The notes: generated by a model not told the origin, from the letters alone. Counted from the stretch's first letter, positions 19,965 to 30,111 are shown. The stretch is DNA of 64,000 nt from Candidatus Micrarchaeia archaeon (GCA_038886535.1 JAVZXS010000002.1:182151-246150), one strand, 5' to 3'. Made by a program: numbers and translations.

Positions 19965-21026
19965 TCAACCAATTATTTCAATGTCACCATAAACTGGTGA
20001 TTCTACTTTTTGCTCTTCAAGTGGTACTCCTACTACACTTGCGCCCTTTACTCCAGTTACGATCGCAACTATTTCTATCTTGCCATCGTATCCTGGAATA
20101 AGTCTTGCTCCCCACTTGACGCTTGCTGTTGAATCCATTCTTTCAGTTATTATTTCTCCTGCTTTGATTGCATCTCCCAGTGTTAGATCGTTTCCACCAG
20201 AGATGTGGATCAAAGCACCCTTTGCTCCTTCGAAGTCAACATCAAGCAATCTGTTCTTTAGAACTCCTTCTGCAGCTGCCTGAACCTTATTTGTTCCTCT
20301 TCCTTCACCAACTGCAATGAAACCAACATCACCTTGAGACATGATTGCTCTTACATCTGCAAAGTCAATGTTGATTAATGAAGGCTGTGTGATTGTCCAG
20401 ACAAGTCCACCAATTGCTCTTGCAAGTATCTCATCTGCAACTCCGAAAGCCTCGTTCATTGGGAGATTTGGAACTAATTGAACCAGTCTGTTGTTGTCAA
20501 TTATAATAACACTGTCTGCGTGTTTTCTAAGCATCTGAATTCCTTCGTCTGCTTTGCTTCTTCTTGCCTTTTCAAGTGCGAATGGGTATGTAACCATAGC
20601 AACTACTATTGCACCTTGTTCTTTTGCAATTTCTGCAACAACAGGAGCACTTCCTGTACCTGTACCTCCTCCCATACCTGCACATATGAATACTAATTGT
20701 GCGTCCTTCAATGCTCTTTCAATTAAAGGCTTGTCAATTTCTGCAGCCTTTCTTCCTACATCAACATATCCTCCAGCACCAAGACCTCTTGTTATAGATT
20801 TACCTATAAGAATCTTTTGAATCCTTTCATCTAATGTCAATAAGTGCTGGTTATCTGTATTGATTGCAATCAAATCAGCACCCTTGACACCATATCTAAG
20901 AAGTCTCTGAAGGGTGTTGTTTCCTCCACCACCGCAGCCCACGACTGCGATCTTAATTCTTTCAACTGGACCAAGATTTGACTCAGCCTCAGTGTGTCCT
21001 GTAACAGATTTGATTAAGCTTTCCAT
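19965..21026 (-). CDS. ftsZ: Cell division protein FtsZ (FtsZ2-like), upstream copy
   Basis: [36 protein letters not shown]. Confidence 0.95.
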   Translation of the reverse strand: MESLIKSVTGHTEAESNLGPVERIKIAVVGCGGGGNNTLQRLLRYGVKGADLIAINTDNQHLLTLDERIQKILIGKSITRGLGAGGYVDVGRKAAEIDKPLIERALKDAQLVFICAGMGGGTGTGSAPVVAEIAKEQGAIVVAMVTYPFALEKARRSKADEGIQMLRKHADSVIIIDNNRLVQLVPNLPMNEAFGVADEILARAIGGLVWTITQPSLINIDFADVRAIMSQGDVGFIAVGEGRGTNKVQAAAEGVLKNRLLDVDFEGAKGALIHISGGNDLTLGDAIKAGEIITERMDSTASVKWGARLIPGYDGKIEIVAIVTGVKGASVVGVPLEEQKVESPVYGDIEIIG

Positions 21027-21191
21027 TACAATCGCCTCAATATTGCTATTAATATATAATATTTAAATATGTTTCTTTTTTTCTTTTTTCTTCGTCGTAA
21101 ATTTTTTGAAAAATTTTCAATTTTGAAGAACGAAAATAACTATTTTGATACTTTTTCAATTTTTTGACGACTCAAAAATAAAAAAATAGTT

Positions 21192-21258
21192 TTAAAAATA
21201 TTGAATTATAATTCTTATTTGTATATATAAAATTGTTAAAAATATTGAATTATAATTC
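21192..21258. promoter_or_regulatory. Two identical 23-bp repeats, each containing the palindrome GAATTATAATTC (putative operators)
   Basis: TTAAAAATATTGAATTATAATTC at 21192-21214 and 21236-21258, flanking TATATATAA. Confidence 0.65.
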
Positions 21259-21309
21259 ATGTACTTTAAACATTATGTGCTGTCAAAATATTGCTAATAA
21301 TCAAGTGAT

Positions 21310-21594
21310 ATGATGCCAAAAAAGAGAAAATATAGGAAGATAGGTTCGGTTCCTAATGTAAGAATATTCAAGCCATTTGGAAATAAAGTAAATCATTTAG
21401 ATGAGATCGTATTAACAATCGATGAATTCGAGGCACTAAGACTTGCTGAATTAAACAATCTTAAACAGAAACAAGCAGCAAATAGAATGTGGATTTCTCA
21501 ATCTACTTTCAATCGTCTTCTTAAATCAGCTAGAAAAAAGATTGCTTTGGCAATTATAGCGGGAAAACAAATTAGAATCGAATCAAGCAAATAA
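21310..21594 (+). CDS. DUF134 (UPF0251) HTH DNA-binding protein
   Basis: FKP.G...LTIDEFEALRL......QKQAA.RM.ISQSTF.R.L.SARKKIA. Confidence 0.92.
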   Translation: MMPKKRKYRKIGSVPNVRIFKPFGNKVNHLDEIVLTIDEFEALRLAELNNLKQKQAANRMWISQSTFNRLLKSARKKIALAIIAGKQIRIESSK

Positions 21595-21618
21595 ACAAAA
21601 CGTAAATGAATTTAGTCA

Positions 21619-22764
21619 TCAGATTATTTCTTCGATATTTCCGTCTGCAGCTTTTTCAATTCTTTCCATTATTGCTCTTCCTATTCCGAATTCATAAACT
21701 CCTTCAATTAAGATAACATCGAAATTATTTTTATCGGCATTTCTCAACTCTTTAAATAGACAACGGGCCATTTGAATATGGTTTTCATACTCTGTGATGT
21801 TTCCTAATTTAGAAAATTCTTTCTTCATTTTTTCAGGTATTGGTTCTGAGAATATTATCTTTACTTTTTTCTTTTTATTGGATAATTTTTCTGCAGCATA
21901 TGCCATATTTATTATTGTTTTCATTCTGCCATCCTTTCTTCTTCCTATGAATACCTTTGCATCTGGAGAATAGTGTTTATATTTCATACCTGGAGAAAGA
22001 GGTTTTTCGCAGTTCTTTTTGCAGATTTCAATATTCTTCTTTAGTTCTTCTTCTATTTGTTCTTTTGTTATGTAACCTTCTCTTAAAATAGTATATGGTT
22101 CAGACACCATATTAATTACAGTTGATTCAATACCTATCTTACATTGGCCACCATCTATAATTAATGGGACCTTTCCTTGAAGATCAAAAAATGCATCTTT
22201 TGCATTAGTGGCACTCGGTTTTCCTGAAAGATTTGCAGAAGGAGCAGCGATAGGAAATCCCGATGCTTTGATTATGTCTAATGCAATAGAGTGGTTTGGC
22301 ATTCTTATTGCAATAGTATCTAATCCTGCAGTTGTTATCTCTGGTACTAAAGTATTTTTCTTTAATATCAAAGTTAAAGGTCCAGGCCAAAATTTGTTCA
22401 TTAGTCTCTTAGCATCTTCGCTTATCTCTTCAACTAAGAATTTTAACATTTCTAAAGATGATATATGAACAATTAATGGATTGTCTTTAGGTCTGTTTTT
22501 TATTTTAAATATCTTAGAAACAGCGCTAGAGTCAAATGCATTTGCACCTAAGCCATAAACTGTTTCGGTTGGAAATACTATAACCTCTCCAGAATTTAGT
22601 AATGATGAAACTTCTTCTATTATTCTTTTATATTCATGTACATGTAGTTTTCTTACATCGATTATTTTAGTGTTGATAATCCGTTCTTCTTTTGGGTTGA
22701 GGATTTGATGGTTTTTATTTTTTCCCCTTGCTTCTTTCTCTTTTTTATTTCTTTTCAAATCCAT
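21619..22764 (-). CDS. sua5: Threonylcarbamoyl-AMP synthase Sua5
   Basis: FPTETVYGLGA, K.RP.DNPLIVH, APSANLSG, SPGMKYKHYSP. Confidence 0.96.
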   Translation of the reverse strand: MDLKRNKKEKEARGKNKNHQILNPKEERIINTKIIDVRKLHVHEYKRIIEEVSSLLNSGEVIVFPTETVYGLGANAFDSSAVSKIFKIKNRPKDNPLIVHISSLEMLKFLVEEISEDAKRLMNKFWPGPLTLILKKNTLVPEITTAGLDTIAIRMPNHSIALDIIKASGFPIAAPSANLSGKPSATNAKDAFFDLQGKVPLIIDGGQCKIGIESTVINMVSEPYTILREGYITKEQIEEELKKNIEICKKNCEKPLSPGMKYKHYSPDAKVFIGRRKDGRMKTIINMAYAAEKLSNKKKKVKIIFSEPIPEKMKKEFSKLGNITEYENHIQMARCLFKELRNADKNNFDVILIEGVYEFGIGRAIMERIEKAADGNIEEII

Positions 22765-22868
22765 AATCTACACCATATAATAACCAACATAACTAATTTT
22801 GACTTAAAATTTAACGAAATTTTTCTTTATATATTTAACGATTTTTTAATGCAAATGTAAAATGAGAT

Positions 22869-23798
22869 CTAAACCTTGATTTTTCCAATTATTCTCATCT
22901 TTCCTTCTGGCCTTAGTAAAAGATACTCATTTCCAGGAATGATTGCAATATCTTTATCTGATTTAAGTTTTATCTTTCCATCTGAAACACTTACAACATC
23001 AACCTGCCTGTATTGAAGATGCGCAGCGATAAATATTTTGCTGTTTTCTTTTACTTCTTCTGTGTAATACTTATTCTTTATGAAATCGCCCTCTATTTCC
23101 TTTGCAGATTTTAATTCCTGCTTTGAAAATAAATGCCCTCGTTCTACCTCTTCAACGCTGACTCCTTTTAGTGCCAAGCCAACTCTTTCTCCTATTTCAG
23201 CGGATTTTACATCTTTATCATGGACTTGTATGGATCGAATCGTTACTTTTTTTCCTCCAGGATATATTCCGAATTCATCATGGACATTTACACTCCCTCT
23301 CGCCACGCCAAGAACGACAGTTCCAACGCTTTTAACGTCAAAAGCGGCATCGATTATTACATGTTCTATTTCTGATTTTTTATTTTCAAATTTTGCAATT
23401 CTTGGATATATTTCAGATGGAACCTTATCTACAATTATGAATGATTCAAGCACAGTTCCTTTTACTAAATTTACAAATTTGTCTTTTTCGACATAATCAT
23501 CAAATATTATCAATCCTTTGTTTATTCCTAAAAGGTCAAGCGCTATTATGTACTCCCCCAATTCTTTATCTAATTTTTTAACAACTAAAATTGCTGCATC
23601 TGCCATTGCCAAGCAGTGAGTTAGTGATTGAAGCTTTTCTGGATAGCTTGTAGGAACTAAGAAAGTCGCAGTCAGTTCTCTACCTTGCATGTCACTTCCT
23701 TTGTAATTATATATTGTAAAATCAGTAACAGTTCCTTTTTTTCCAAGTTCTTTTGCAAATTCGTTGTCTCCTAAAATTACGACATTTATATTCTTCAT
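22869..23798 (-). CDS. SelB/EF-Tu-like protein with degenerate G domain (MM1309-like)
   Basis: LGKKGTVTD, YPEKLQSL, domain II IDAAFDVKSVGTVVLG...RSIQVHD...RVGLALKG; no GxxxxGKT or NKxD. Confidence 0.85.
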   Translation of the reverse strand: MKNINVVILGDNEFAKELGKKGTVTDFTIYNYKGSDMQGRELTATFLVPTSYPEKLQSLTHCLAMADAAILVVKKLDKELGEYIIALDLLGINKGLIIFDDYVEKDKFVNLVKGTVLESFIIVDKVPSEIYPRIAKFENKKSEIEHVIIDAAFDVKSVGTVVLGVARGSVNVHDEFGIYPGGKKVTIRSIQVHDKDVKSAEIGERVGLALKGVSVEEVERGHLFSKQELKSAKEIEGDFIKNKYYTEEVKENSKIFIAAHLQYRQVDVVSVSDGKIKLKSDKDIAIIPGNEYLLLRPEGKMRIIGKIKV

Positions 23799-23897
23799 TT
23801 TTTACACCGCTATATTTTATACAATAAATAATTAGTATAATTATAATTAAAATTAATATTTATAATATTTAGCAGGCTAATTTTTCCAGTTGATAAA

Positions 23898-24617
23898 ATG
23901 ACTAAATTTGTAAGACTACATAGGTTTTCTAATATTTCCGCTTCACAACTTTGGTCTTTTACGATAGCTGCAAGAAAGATGCCTAAAGGATTTTATCAGC
24001 TTAATCCAATTTCGTTTGTTAAAGAGAATGAAGGAGAAATGTTTATTTTAGAAAAGGATTTAGAAAAATTTTCTAAATCTATTCCAACTGAAGTTCAAAA
24101 TACATTGATTCAAAATTTCTTTTCAGAATGGTTTAAATCTTACGAATTAGCAAAAATTTCAATTAATGATCTTAATGGACTTTCCTTTTCTTCTCTTTCT
24201 AATGAAGTTCTTTACAAAATTTATTCTATAATAAGTATGCAAAGCAGCGATGTTTCAAAAATTATTTTCTTTTCAAAGGTATTGGAGGTAACAAATAAAG
24301 ATATGCATTCGAAATTGAGGACCTTTCTTTCAAATAGATCAATATCCGATGGAGAGATCCTTTCTCTTTCTTTGAATTTGTTTAATGACAAACTATTTGA
24401 AGAGATAGGAAAACGAATATACAAAACAAAAAAAGAAACTTATCTAATGTCTCCAGAAGAGTTCCATTCCGCTCTCTATGGTGGTGTTTTTGACGATGAA
24501 GAAATAAACGAAAGAAAAACAAATTACATAATGGTTTATGATCTTGAAAAGGATGCGCCACATATCTATAGCGGAGAAAAAGCAAGGGTAATGGAAGCCT
24601 CTTTATTAAAAAGTTAA
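23898..24617 (+). CDS. Hypothetical protein
   Basis: 239-aa ORF; no recognised motif. Confidence 0.6.
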   Translation: MTKFVRLHRFSNISASQLWSFTIAARKMPKGFYQLNPISFVKENEGEMFILEKDLEKFSKSIPTEVQNTLIQNFFSEWFKSYELAKISINDLNGLSFSSLSNEVLYKIYSIISMQSSDVSKIIFFSKVLEVTNKDMHSKLRTFLSNRSISDGEILSLSLNLFNDKLFEEIGKRIYKTKKETYLMSPEEFHSALYGGVFDDEEINERKTNYIMVYDLEKDAPHIYSGEKARVMEASLLKS

Positions 24618-24646
24618 ATATAATTTGTATATTTCAGGGTGGTAGT

Positions 24647-24931
24647 ATGATGTCTGAAATACCTATAAGACTAGATAAGGTAAATAAGAAAGATATAGAC
24701 AAAGAGATTTTAAGAGCAGGAATAATTGCAGAACTTGATGCAATTAATCTATATGAGCAAATGGCAGCATTGGCTCAAGATAAGAAGATAAAAGCTATGC
24801 TTCTTGACATTGCAAAAGAAGAGAAGACCCACGTCGGCGAATTTCAAAGGCTTCTTTTGAATAGAGATAAGCAACAGGTGGAAGAATTAGAAAGGGGAAA
24901 GGAAGAAGTAATGAAAGAAGTAGGAGAATGA
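24647..24931 (+). CDS. Ferritin-like/rubrerythrin-like protein (Flp type)
   Basis: EILRAGIIAELDAINLYEQ...DIAKEEKTHVGEF di-iron motifs. Confidence 0.9.
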   Translation: MMSEIPIRLDKVNKKDIDKEILRAGIIAELDAINLYEQMAALAQDKKIKAMLLDIAKEEKTHVGEFQRLLLNRDKQQVEELERGKEEVMKEVGE

Positions 24932-24934
24932 GTG

Positions 24935-25294
24935 CTATTCCTTCAATGCTTTTTTTACTTCTTTTATTAAATCTGTATGTATGGATGTTTTAGGCAGAAC
25001 TCTAACTGGAAAATATTTTGCTGCGAATTCTCTTTCTATTTCAAATGGCATTCCTACTGCAGTCACTACTATTACTGGTTTATTTAATCTCATTTTTTTG
25101 AATTCAGCCATTACTTCTCTTCCAGACATTACCGGCATCATGATGTCTAAAAGTATAAGGTCATAATTTTTTGCCTTTTTGATTCCTTCTTTCGGATTCA
25201 ATGCATAGTCTGCTTTATACCCATTCATTTCTAAAAGCATCTTAACACTTTCTGCAACATCACTTTCATCTTCTATTATTAATATCTTTTTCAT
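24935..25294 (-). CDS. Stand-alone response regulator (REC)
   Basis: ILIIEDE, LLDIMMP (phospho-Asp), VVTA, LPK. Confidence 0.93.
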   Translation of the reverse strand: MKKILIIEDESDVAESVKMLLEMNGYKADYALNPKEGIKKAKNYDLILLDIMMPVMSGREVMAEFKKMRLNKPVIVVTAVGMPFEIEREFAAKYFPVRVLPKTSIHTDLIKEVKKALKE

Positions 25295-25307
25295 TTTATC
25301 ACCATTA

Positions 25308-28300
25308 CTATTCCCTTGGAAGAATTATCTCAAATCTAGTACCTTTTCCTTTTTCACTCTTTACGTTTATCTCTCCTTTGTGTTTATCAACAATTTCTTT
25401 AACAATTGTTAAACCAATTCCCGTGCCCGGTGAATTTGGATCTGCCTTATAAAATTTTTCAAAAATATGGGATTTTTCTTCTTCTGTCATTCCGATTCCA
25501 GTATCTTCTACAGCAATCATAAATTTATGGTCGAAGGATTTGGTTTCTATTTTTATTTCCCCTTTATCAGTAAATTTAACAGCATTGCTTATAAGGTTTG
25601 ATAGCATCAATGAAAACAAATTTTTATCTATCATAGCTACTATAGGTTCTAATTCCCTTTTAATGACTATTCCTTTTTTATTTGCTAGCGGAGAGTACTC
25701 TTCATAAATCTCATTAATCAAATCATTTATTATTGTTCTTTCTTTATTTAGAGCCACTGAACTTAATCTAGTTAAATTCAATATCTGATCTATAGAGTTC
25801 TTTAATCTTTCACCACTTCTTTGCAGCATTTCAATCATTTTGAGCCATTCTTTTTCCTTTCCAATTGGTGCCATTTGCTTTAGCATTTCTAAATTTGTTA
25901 ATATAACTGAGGTGGGCGTTTTAAGTTCGTGCGTCATATTTCTTATAAATTCATCTTTTGTTTCTTCTAGCCTTTCAATCTGCTGCAATTTTTCATTTAG
26001 CTCTTTAGTTTTATTTTCTACTTCTTTTTCCAATTCTATCCTGTAGTTTTTCTCTAAATTTTCTTTTTCTTTTCTTTCAGTTATGTCATGAAACATAATG
26101 TATATTTTATTTAATTTATTTTTTTCTAATTCTCCTTGAGCTAGGATTTCAACATCGTATTTTTTACCATCTAAGCTTATTTCTATATCGTCGTGATAAA
26201 TTCCATCTCTTTTAACTGCAGAAATTATTTTTTTAATAAGTTTTTTATCCGAGTAAATATCAAAAATATTCTTTCCGATCAGTTCAGTTGTTTTTAACCC
26301 ATATCTCTCAATAGAAGGGGTTACTAATTCAATGTTTAGCTTATCATTTAACTCAAAATATATGTCGTTTATGTTTTGGAATAATGTTCTATATCTTTTT
26401 TCAGATTCAGTTATAAGATCTATTATTTCTTTTTCTTTCGTTATATCACGATATACAATAATAAGATCGCCTGTTTTAATTTTAAAAACATAGTAATCAC
26501 GCCATCCTTTTCTTATCGGATCACTGTAATATATGTTTTTAATTTGCGTTTTTTTACCTGTTTTGAGTGTCTGTCGAAGCTGTTTTAATAATCCTAGTTT
26601 TTTAATTCCTGGAAACATTTTTGCGATGTTCTTTCCTATTACTTCTTCTTTTTTAACTTTGCTTATTTCAGTGGCTCTTTCGTTTATTTCTTTAATAATG
26701 AAGTTTCTTCCATTTTTAATAGGGGTTAAAACAATTATGCCATCACTGATATTCTCAAATATATTAAAGTAAAGTTCTTCTCTTTCTTTTAATTTTTCTT
26801 CTATTGATTTTCTTTGTCTTATATCTCTTAGGATTGCTATTAATTTTATTTCATTTCCTATAGTAAATTTATTCATAGTTAATTCAATTGGAATATTTTC
26901 TTCTTTTGTTCTAATATTTACTTCTACTGTTTTTCCAATTAGGGGCGATTTTCCTGTCTTCTTAAAAATATTTAATCTATTCAATGGATATTCTTTGACT
27001 GAAAGTATAGAATGAATATCCTTTCCTTTTATCTTTTCTAACTGATAGCCTGTTAGTTTTTCAAATGCTTTATTAACATATTCGAACCTAAGATTGCTGT
27101 CTCCCACTACGATTGCATCTACACTAGCATCGAAAACGCCTTTTAAATATTCATTGTCTTTTTTAATTTCGTCTAACAATTCCTGCTCTCTAGTTAGATT
27201 TATGTGGTTTGCAAAAAAGTAAGAAGGCTTGCCTTTTTCAAAAACAGTATCAATTATTAATCTAACTGGAATATTATTTCCATATTTATCTTTGTTGATG
27301 ATATTCCCTTCCCAGTGACCTTTTCTTTTGTCTAAAATGGATTTCCACATTTCTTTATAGGTTTTTAATGGAGTCAGTCCAGATTTTAATATTTTTGGAT
27401 TTTTACCGATTACTTCTTTTTCATCATATCCATAAAGACCAGTGAAAGCAGAATTAACGTGCATTATAACTGGTTCATTGTTTTCATATTTTACTAAAAG
27501 TCTTGAAATTGCACTTAATGTGAATCCTTTTTTTAGTAATTTTAATTCATCAATTTTTCTTTTTTCAGATTCTTCAAGTTCTTTTTTGTAAATCATTTGG
27601 CTGATTTGCGAAGCTAAATCTTTGATCAATTTAATCATATATCTGTTTATTAAAATCTCATTTCTGAAATGTATAGTTAGGATCCCATAGAATTTGTTTC
27701 TTATTTTTATAGGATATAATGCAGCAGAATGGCTGCCAGTTTCTTCTTTATGCTGTCTGTAAATTCCTTTAGAAACATCTTCAATGACGAATCCCTTTTT
27801 CTTAACTTTCTCAATCAATTCATCATTATAAAAACCTAAAATCTCCTCTTTTGTTTGATCAGTCGAAGAATAGAAATAAAGTTCCTTGCTTTTTCCATCA
27901 ATTCTTAAAAGATGGATGCAACCTAAATATTTATTTTTATGGATTTTTTGAACAACTGCGCTTAATATTTTTTCTTCTATAAGTGGCTTATTCAAAATTA
28001 TATGAACATCCAGTAAGGTTCTAAGTAGTTCATTTACTACTTTTAATTCTTCAGTTTTCCTTAGCTCTTCAGTTATTTCATTTAAAATCAGCATAACTTC
28101 GACAATGTTATTATTTTCATCCGTTATTGGGTTACAGATGGTTATAAATTTTCTTTTTTTACCCCCTATCATTAATTCCAAATGTTTTATTCCTTCTTTG
28201 CCGTTTACCGCATTTAAAAACAAACGTTGTACTTCATTATTTTCAATTTCTTTAATTCTTAAAAAAGGAATTTTTTTCATCAATTTGTTCTTAAAAATAA

Positions 28301-28400
28301 AGTTTCCTTTTAAATCCAGAATTGCAATATTTACTGGGAGATTTCTGATTATTCTTTTCATTAATGGTGTTATAATTTGTTTTGCACCTGCTGTTTCCAT
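25308..28400 (-). CDS. Cytoplasmic multi-PAS/GAF sensor histidine kinase
   Basis: Several PAS repeats, a GAF-like segment, H-box THELKTP, NLISNAVKF, DTGIG, GTGIGL. Confidence 0.93.
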   Translation of the reverse strand: METAGAKQIITPLMKRIIRNLPVNIAILDLKGNFIFKNKLMKKIPFLRIKEIENNEVQRLFLNAVNGKEGIKHLELMIGGKKRKFITICNPITDENNNIVEVMLILNEITEELRKTEELKVVNELLRTLLDVHIILNKPLIEEKILSAVVQKIHKNKYLGCIHLLRIDGKSKELYFYSSTDQTKEEILGFYNDELIEKVKKKGFVIEDVSKGIYRQHKEETGSHSAALYPIKIRNKFYGILTIHFRNEILINRYMIKLIKDLASQISQMIYKKELEESEKRKIDELKLLKKGFTLSAISRLLVKYENNEPVIMHVNSAFTGLYGYDEKEVIGKNPKILKSGLTPLKTYKEMWKSILDKRKGHWEGNIINKDKYGNNIPVRLIIDTVFEKGKPSYFFANHINLTREQELLDEIKKDNEYLKGVFDASVDAIVVGDSNLRFEYVNKAFEKLTGYQLEKIKGKDIHSILSVKEYPLNRLNIFKKTGKSPLIGKTVEVNIRTKEENIPIELTMNKFTIGNEIKLIAILRDIRQRKSIEEKLKEREELYFNIFENISDGIIVLTPIKNGRNFIIKEINERATEISKVKKEEVIGKNIAKMFPGIKKLGLLKQLRQTLKTGKKTQIKNIYYSDPIRKGWRDYYVFKIKTGDLIIVYRDITKEKEIIDLITESEKRYRTLFQNINDIYFELNDKLNIELVTPSIERYGLKTTELIGKNIFDIYSDKKLIKKIISAVKRDGIYHDDIEISLDGKKYDVEILAQGELEKNKLNKIYIMFHDITERKEKENLEKNYRIELEKEVENKTKELNEKLQQIERLEETKDEFIRNMTHELKTPTSVILTNLEMLKQMAPIGKEKEWLKMIEMLQRSGERLKNSIDQILNLTRLSSVALNKERTIINDLINEIYEEYSPLANKKGIVIKRELEPIVAMIDKNLFSLMLSNLISNAVKFTDKGEIKIETKSFDHKFMIAVEDTGIGMTEEEKSHIFEKFYKADPNSPGTGIGLTIVKEIVDKHKGEINVKSEKGKGTRFEIILPRE

Positions 28401-28442
28401 GATTTATTTTTATATAGTATATTTTTAAATTTATTTAATCAG

Positions 28443-28555
28443 GGCCGCAGAGGGGAATCGAACCCCTGCTTGGAGGTTTCTGCATCTTTGATGAAACTTT
28501 CCTTTGCAGAAAGTTCCTCCACAGCCTCCCGTCCTGCCATTAGACGACCGCGGCC
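28443..28555 (-). tRNA. tRNA-His(GTG) with encoded G-1 and 41-nt intron at 37/38 (28478-28518)
   Basis: GCCGCGG/CTGCGGC acceptor, C73, anticodon stem GGAGG/CCTCC; central helix CTGT/GCAG with AA|A bulge (relaxed BHB). Confidence 0.92.
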
Positions 28556-28616
28556 ATATTTTCTAACTTTCAATATTCTCTAAAACTAAATTATATTGCT
28601 TTTAAAAGATATAAAC

Positions 28617-29711
28617 TTATCTGGTTATCTTTGCATTTTCAATTATTTGCTTAGTTTCTGCAGCTTCCTTATTTTTCTTGAAATATTCTCTGACTGGTTC
28701 AAGTATCTCTATTAAATTTTCTGCAACTGAATTTTTAAGGTCCATCGGATGAAGTTTTCCTTCAGAATAAATGTTTGTCAACTCATCAAAAGAATGGATC
28801 TCGATATTTCCTCCAAATTTTGCAGGCCTTTCTATTATCATTTCATTTTTTTCTCTAAAGATGACATGTTTTGCAAGATCCATTATTGGATTATTTTCAA
28901 CTTCCTTTTCGGGGCAGAACGCCTTTGATATCTTTGTTCTTATTTCTTCAGGTTCATCATAAATGAATATCGCTGTGTTTGGTTTTGATTTTGACATCTT
29001 CACCGCACTCAATGCCTCTTTTCTTTCAGTTGGATCTTTTGGTAAAGGCCAGATTGGAGGTTTTACAAGACCTTGCAATAAATGATGATGGACAGGAACA
29101 GGTTTCCAGAATCCAATCTTTTCTCCAACCTCCATTGCAACCACATTTGCCTTTCTCTGATCCATTCCTAATTGAGGAATCTGAACACCGAAATGAAATA
29201 TATCTGCAACCTGCATTGGAGTGTAAAGAAGAGAAGCAAGCTTTAATCCTTCGCTTTCTTTTCTTCCAGCTATTTCCAATGTTCTTATTCCTCTTGCAAG
29301 CGTCATTTCTTTTGCAACCTTTACAACTATCTCCCAGTAATCAAGATCATCATATAGCTGGTCAGGCCAAATGAATTCTATCTTATCTTCAGGTACTCCC
29401 AAAGCTATCCATGAATGCTTGAAGTGCATGGCTGCCTTCTTAATCAATTCTCTGTCTCCACCAAGTTTGTCATTTATCCAGGCATGCCAGGTTGCAAGAT
29501 ATACTTTGAATTTTATTCCCGCCTGAATAAAATCTTTCATTTTGTAAGAACATATCAAACCAGTTCCTAGATGAACCTTTCCAGACGGCTCAAATCCATT
29601 GTATGCTACTGGCCTGTCGTTTGTCTCTAAAAGTTCTCTTAGTGCCTGGACAGTTATGATTTCATCTGTAGGCGGCCTTGCAATAAGTTCAATTTTTGTT
29701 TCAATATCCAT
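28617..29711 (-). CDS. tyrS: Tyrosyl-tRNA synthetase (archaeal type)
   Basis: YNGFEPSG.VHLG, YTPMQVAD, GMDQRKA, KMSKS. Confidence 0.96.
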   Translation of the reverse strand: MDIETKIELIARPPTDEIITVQALRELLETNDRPVAYNGFEPSGKVHLGTGLICSYKMKDFIQAGIKFKVYLATWHAWINDKLGGDRELIKKAAMHFKHSWIALGVPEDKIEFIWPDQLYDDLDYWEIVVKVAKEMTLARGIRTLEIAGRKESEGLKLASLLYTPMQVADIFHFGVQIPQLGMDQRKANVVAMEVGEKIGFWKPVPVHHHLLQGLVKPPIWPLPKDPTERKEALSAVKMSKSKPNTAIFIYDEPEEIRTKISKAFCPEKEVENNPIMDLAKHVIFREKNEMIIERPAKFGGNIEIHSFDELTNIYSEGKLHPMDLKNSVAENLIEILEPVREYFKKNKEAAETKQIIENAKITR

Positions 29712-29820
29712 AAGCTATTTTTCTAGCTAAGACTTATAAATATTTAACAGCTAAAGAAAGATATAAAAATTAATTTATACAAATATATCTAAACATTCAA
29801 CATTTTTATTAGGTGATTAT

Positions 29821-29934
29821 TTGGGTTCTAGACCAAGAAAATGGAAGAAAAAAGGAAAAATGAGATGGAAATGGATTAAGAAGAGAAGAAAGAAAATGAG
29901 AAGAATGCAGAAGAGAAGAGTAGGAGAACTGTAA
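29821..29934 (+). CDS. rpl41e: Ribosomal protein eL41 (eS32)
   Basis: Not in ORF track. AGGTGA SD then TTG; MGSRPRKWKKKGKMRWKWIKKRRKKMRRMQKRRVGEL matches the archaeal eL41 pattern RPRKWKKKG.MRWKW.KKR. Confidence 0.9.
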   Translation: MGSRPRKWKKKGKMRWKWIKKRRKKMRRMQKRRVGEL

Positions 29935-29943
29935 GGTGTTTTT

Positions 29944-30111
29944 ATGACAAGAAGCTTCATAAAAAACATGTCTTCATGGTTCAAGTCAACTTTTTGGGAT
30001 AGGGTTTTCTCTAAAAAGCCAGAGCCATATTCCAAAAAGGAAAAAACACCTAAGCAGTATTATAAAGGAAAAGAACGCCAGCAAATCTCTTCCATGAAAA
30101 AGAAAAGATAA
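29944..30111 (+). CDS. Small basic hypothetical protein (55 aa)
   Basis: AGGTG SD overlapping the eL41 stop; MTRSFIKNMSSWFKSTFWDRVFSKKPEPYSKKEKTPKQYYKGKERQQISSMKKKR; T7 run after the stop. Confidence 0.65.
   Translation: MTRSFIKNMSSWFKSTFWDRVFSKKPEPYSKKEKTPKQYYKGKERQQISSMKKKR

Noticed and set aside
22869..23798. True SelB implying selenocysteine decoding
   Set aside because: It lacks GTPase motifs and the SelB C-terminal extension and resembles the known MM1309-like family.
29817..30035. 72-aa minus-strand hydrophobic ORF
   Set aside because: Antisense shadow of the purine-rich eL41 gene.
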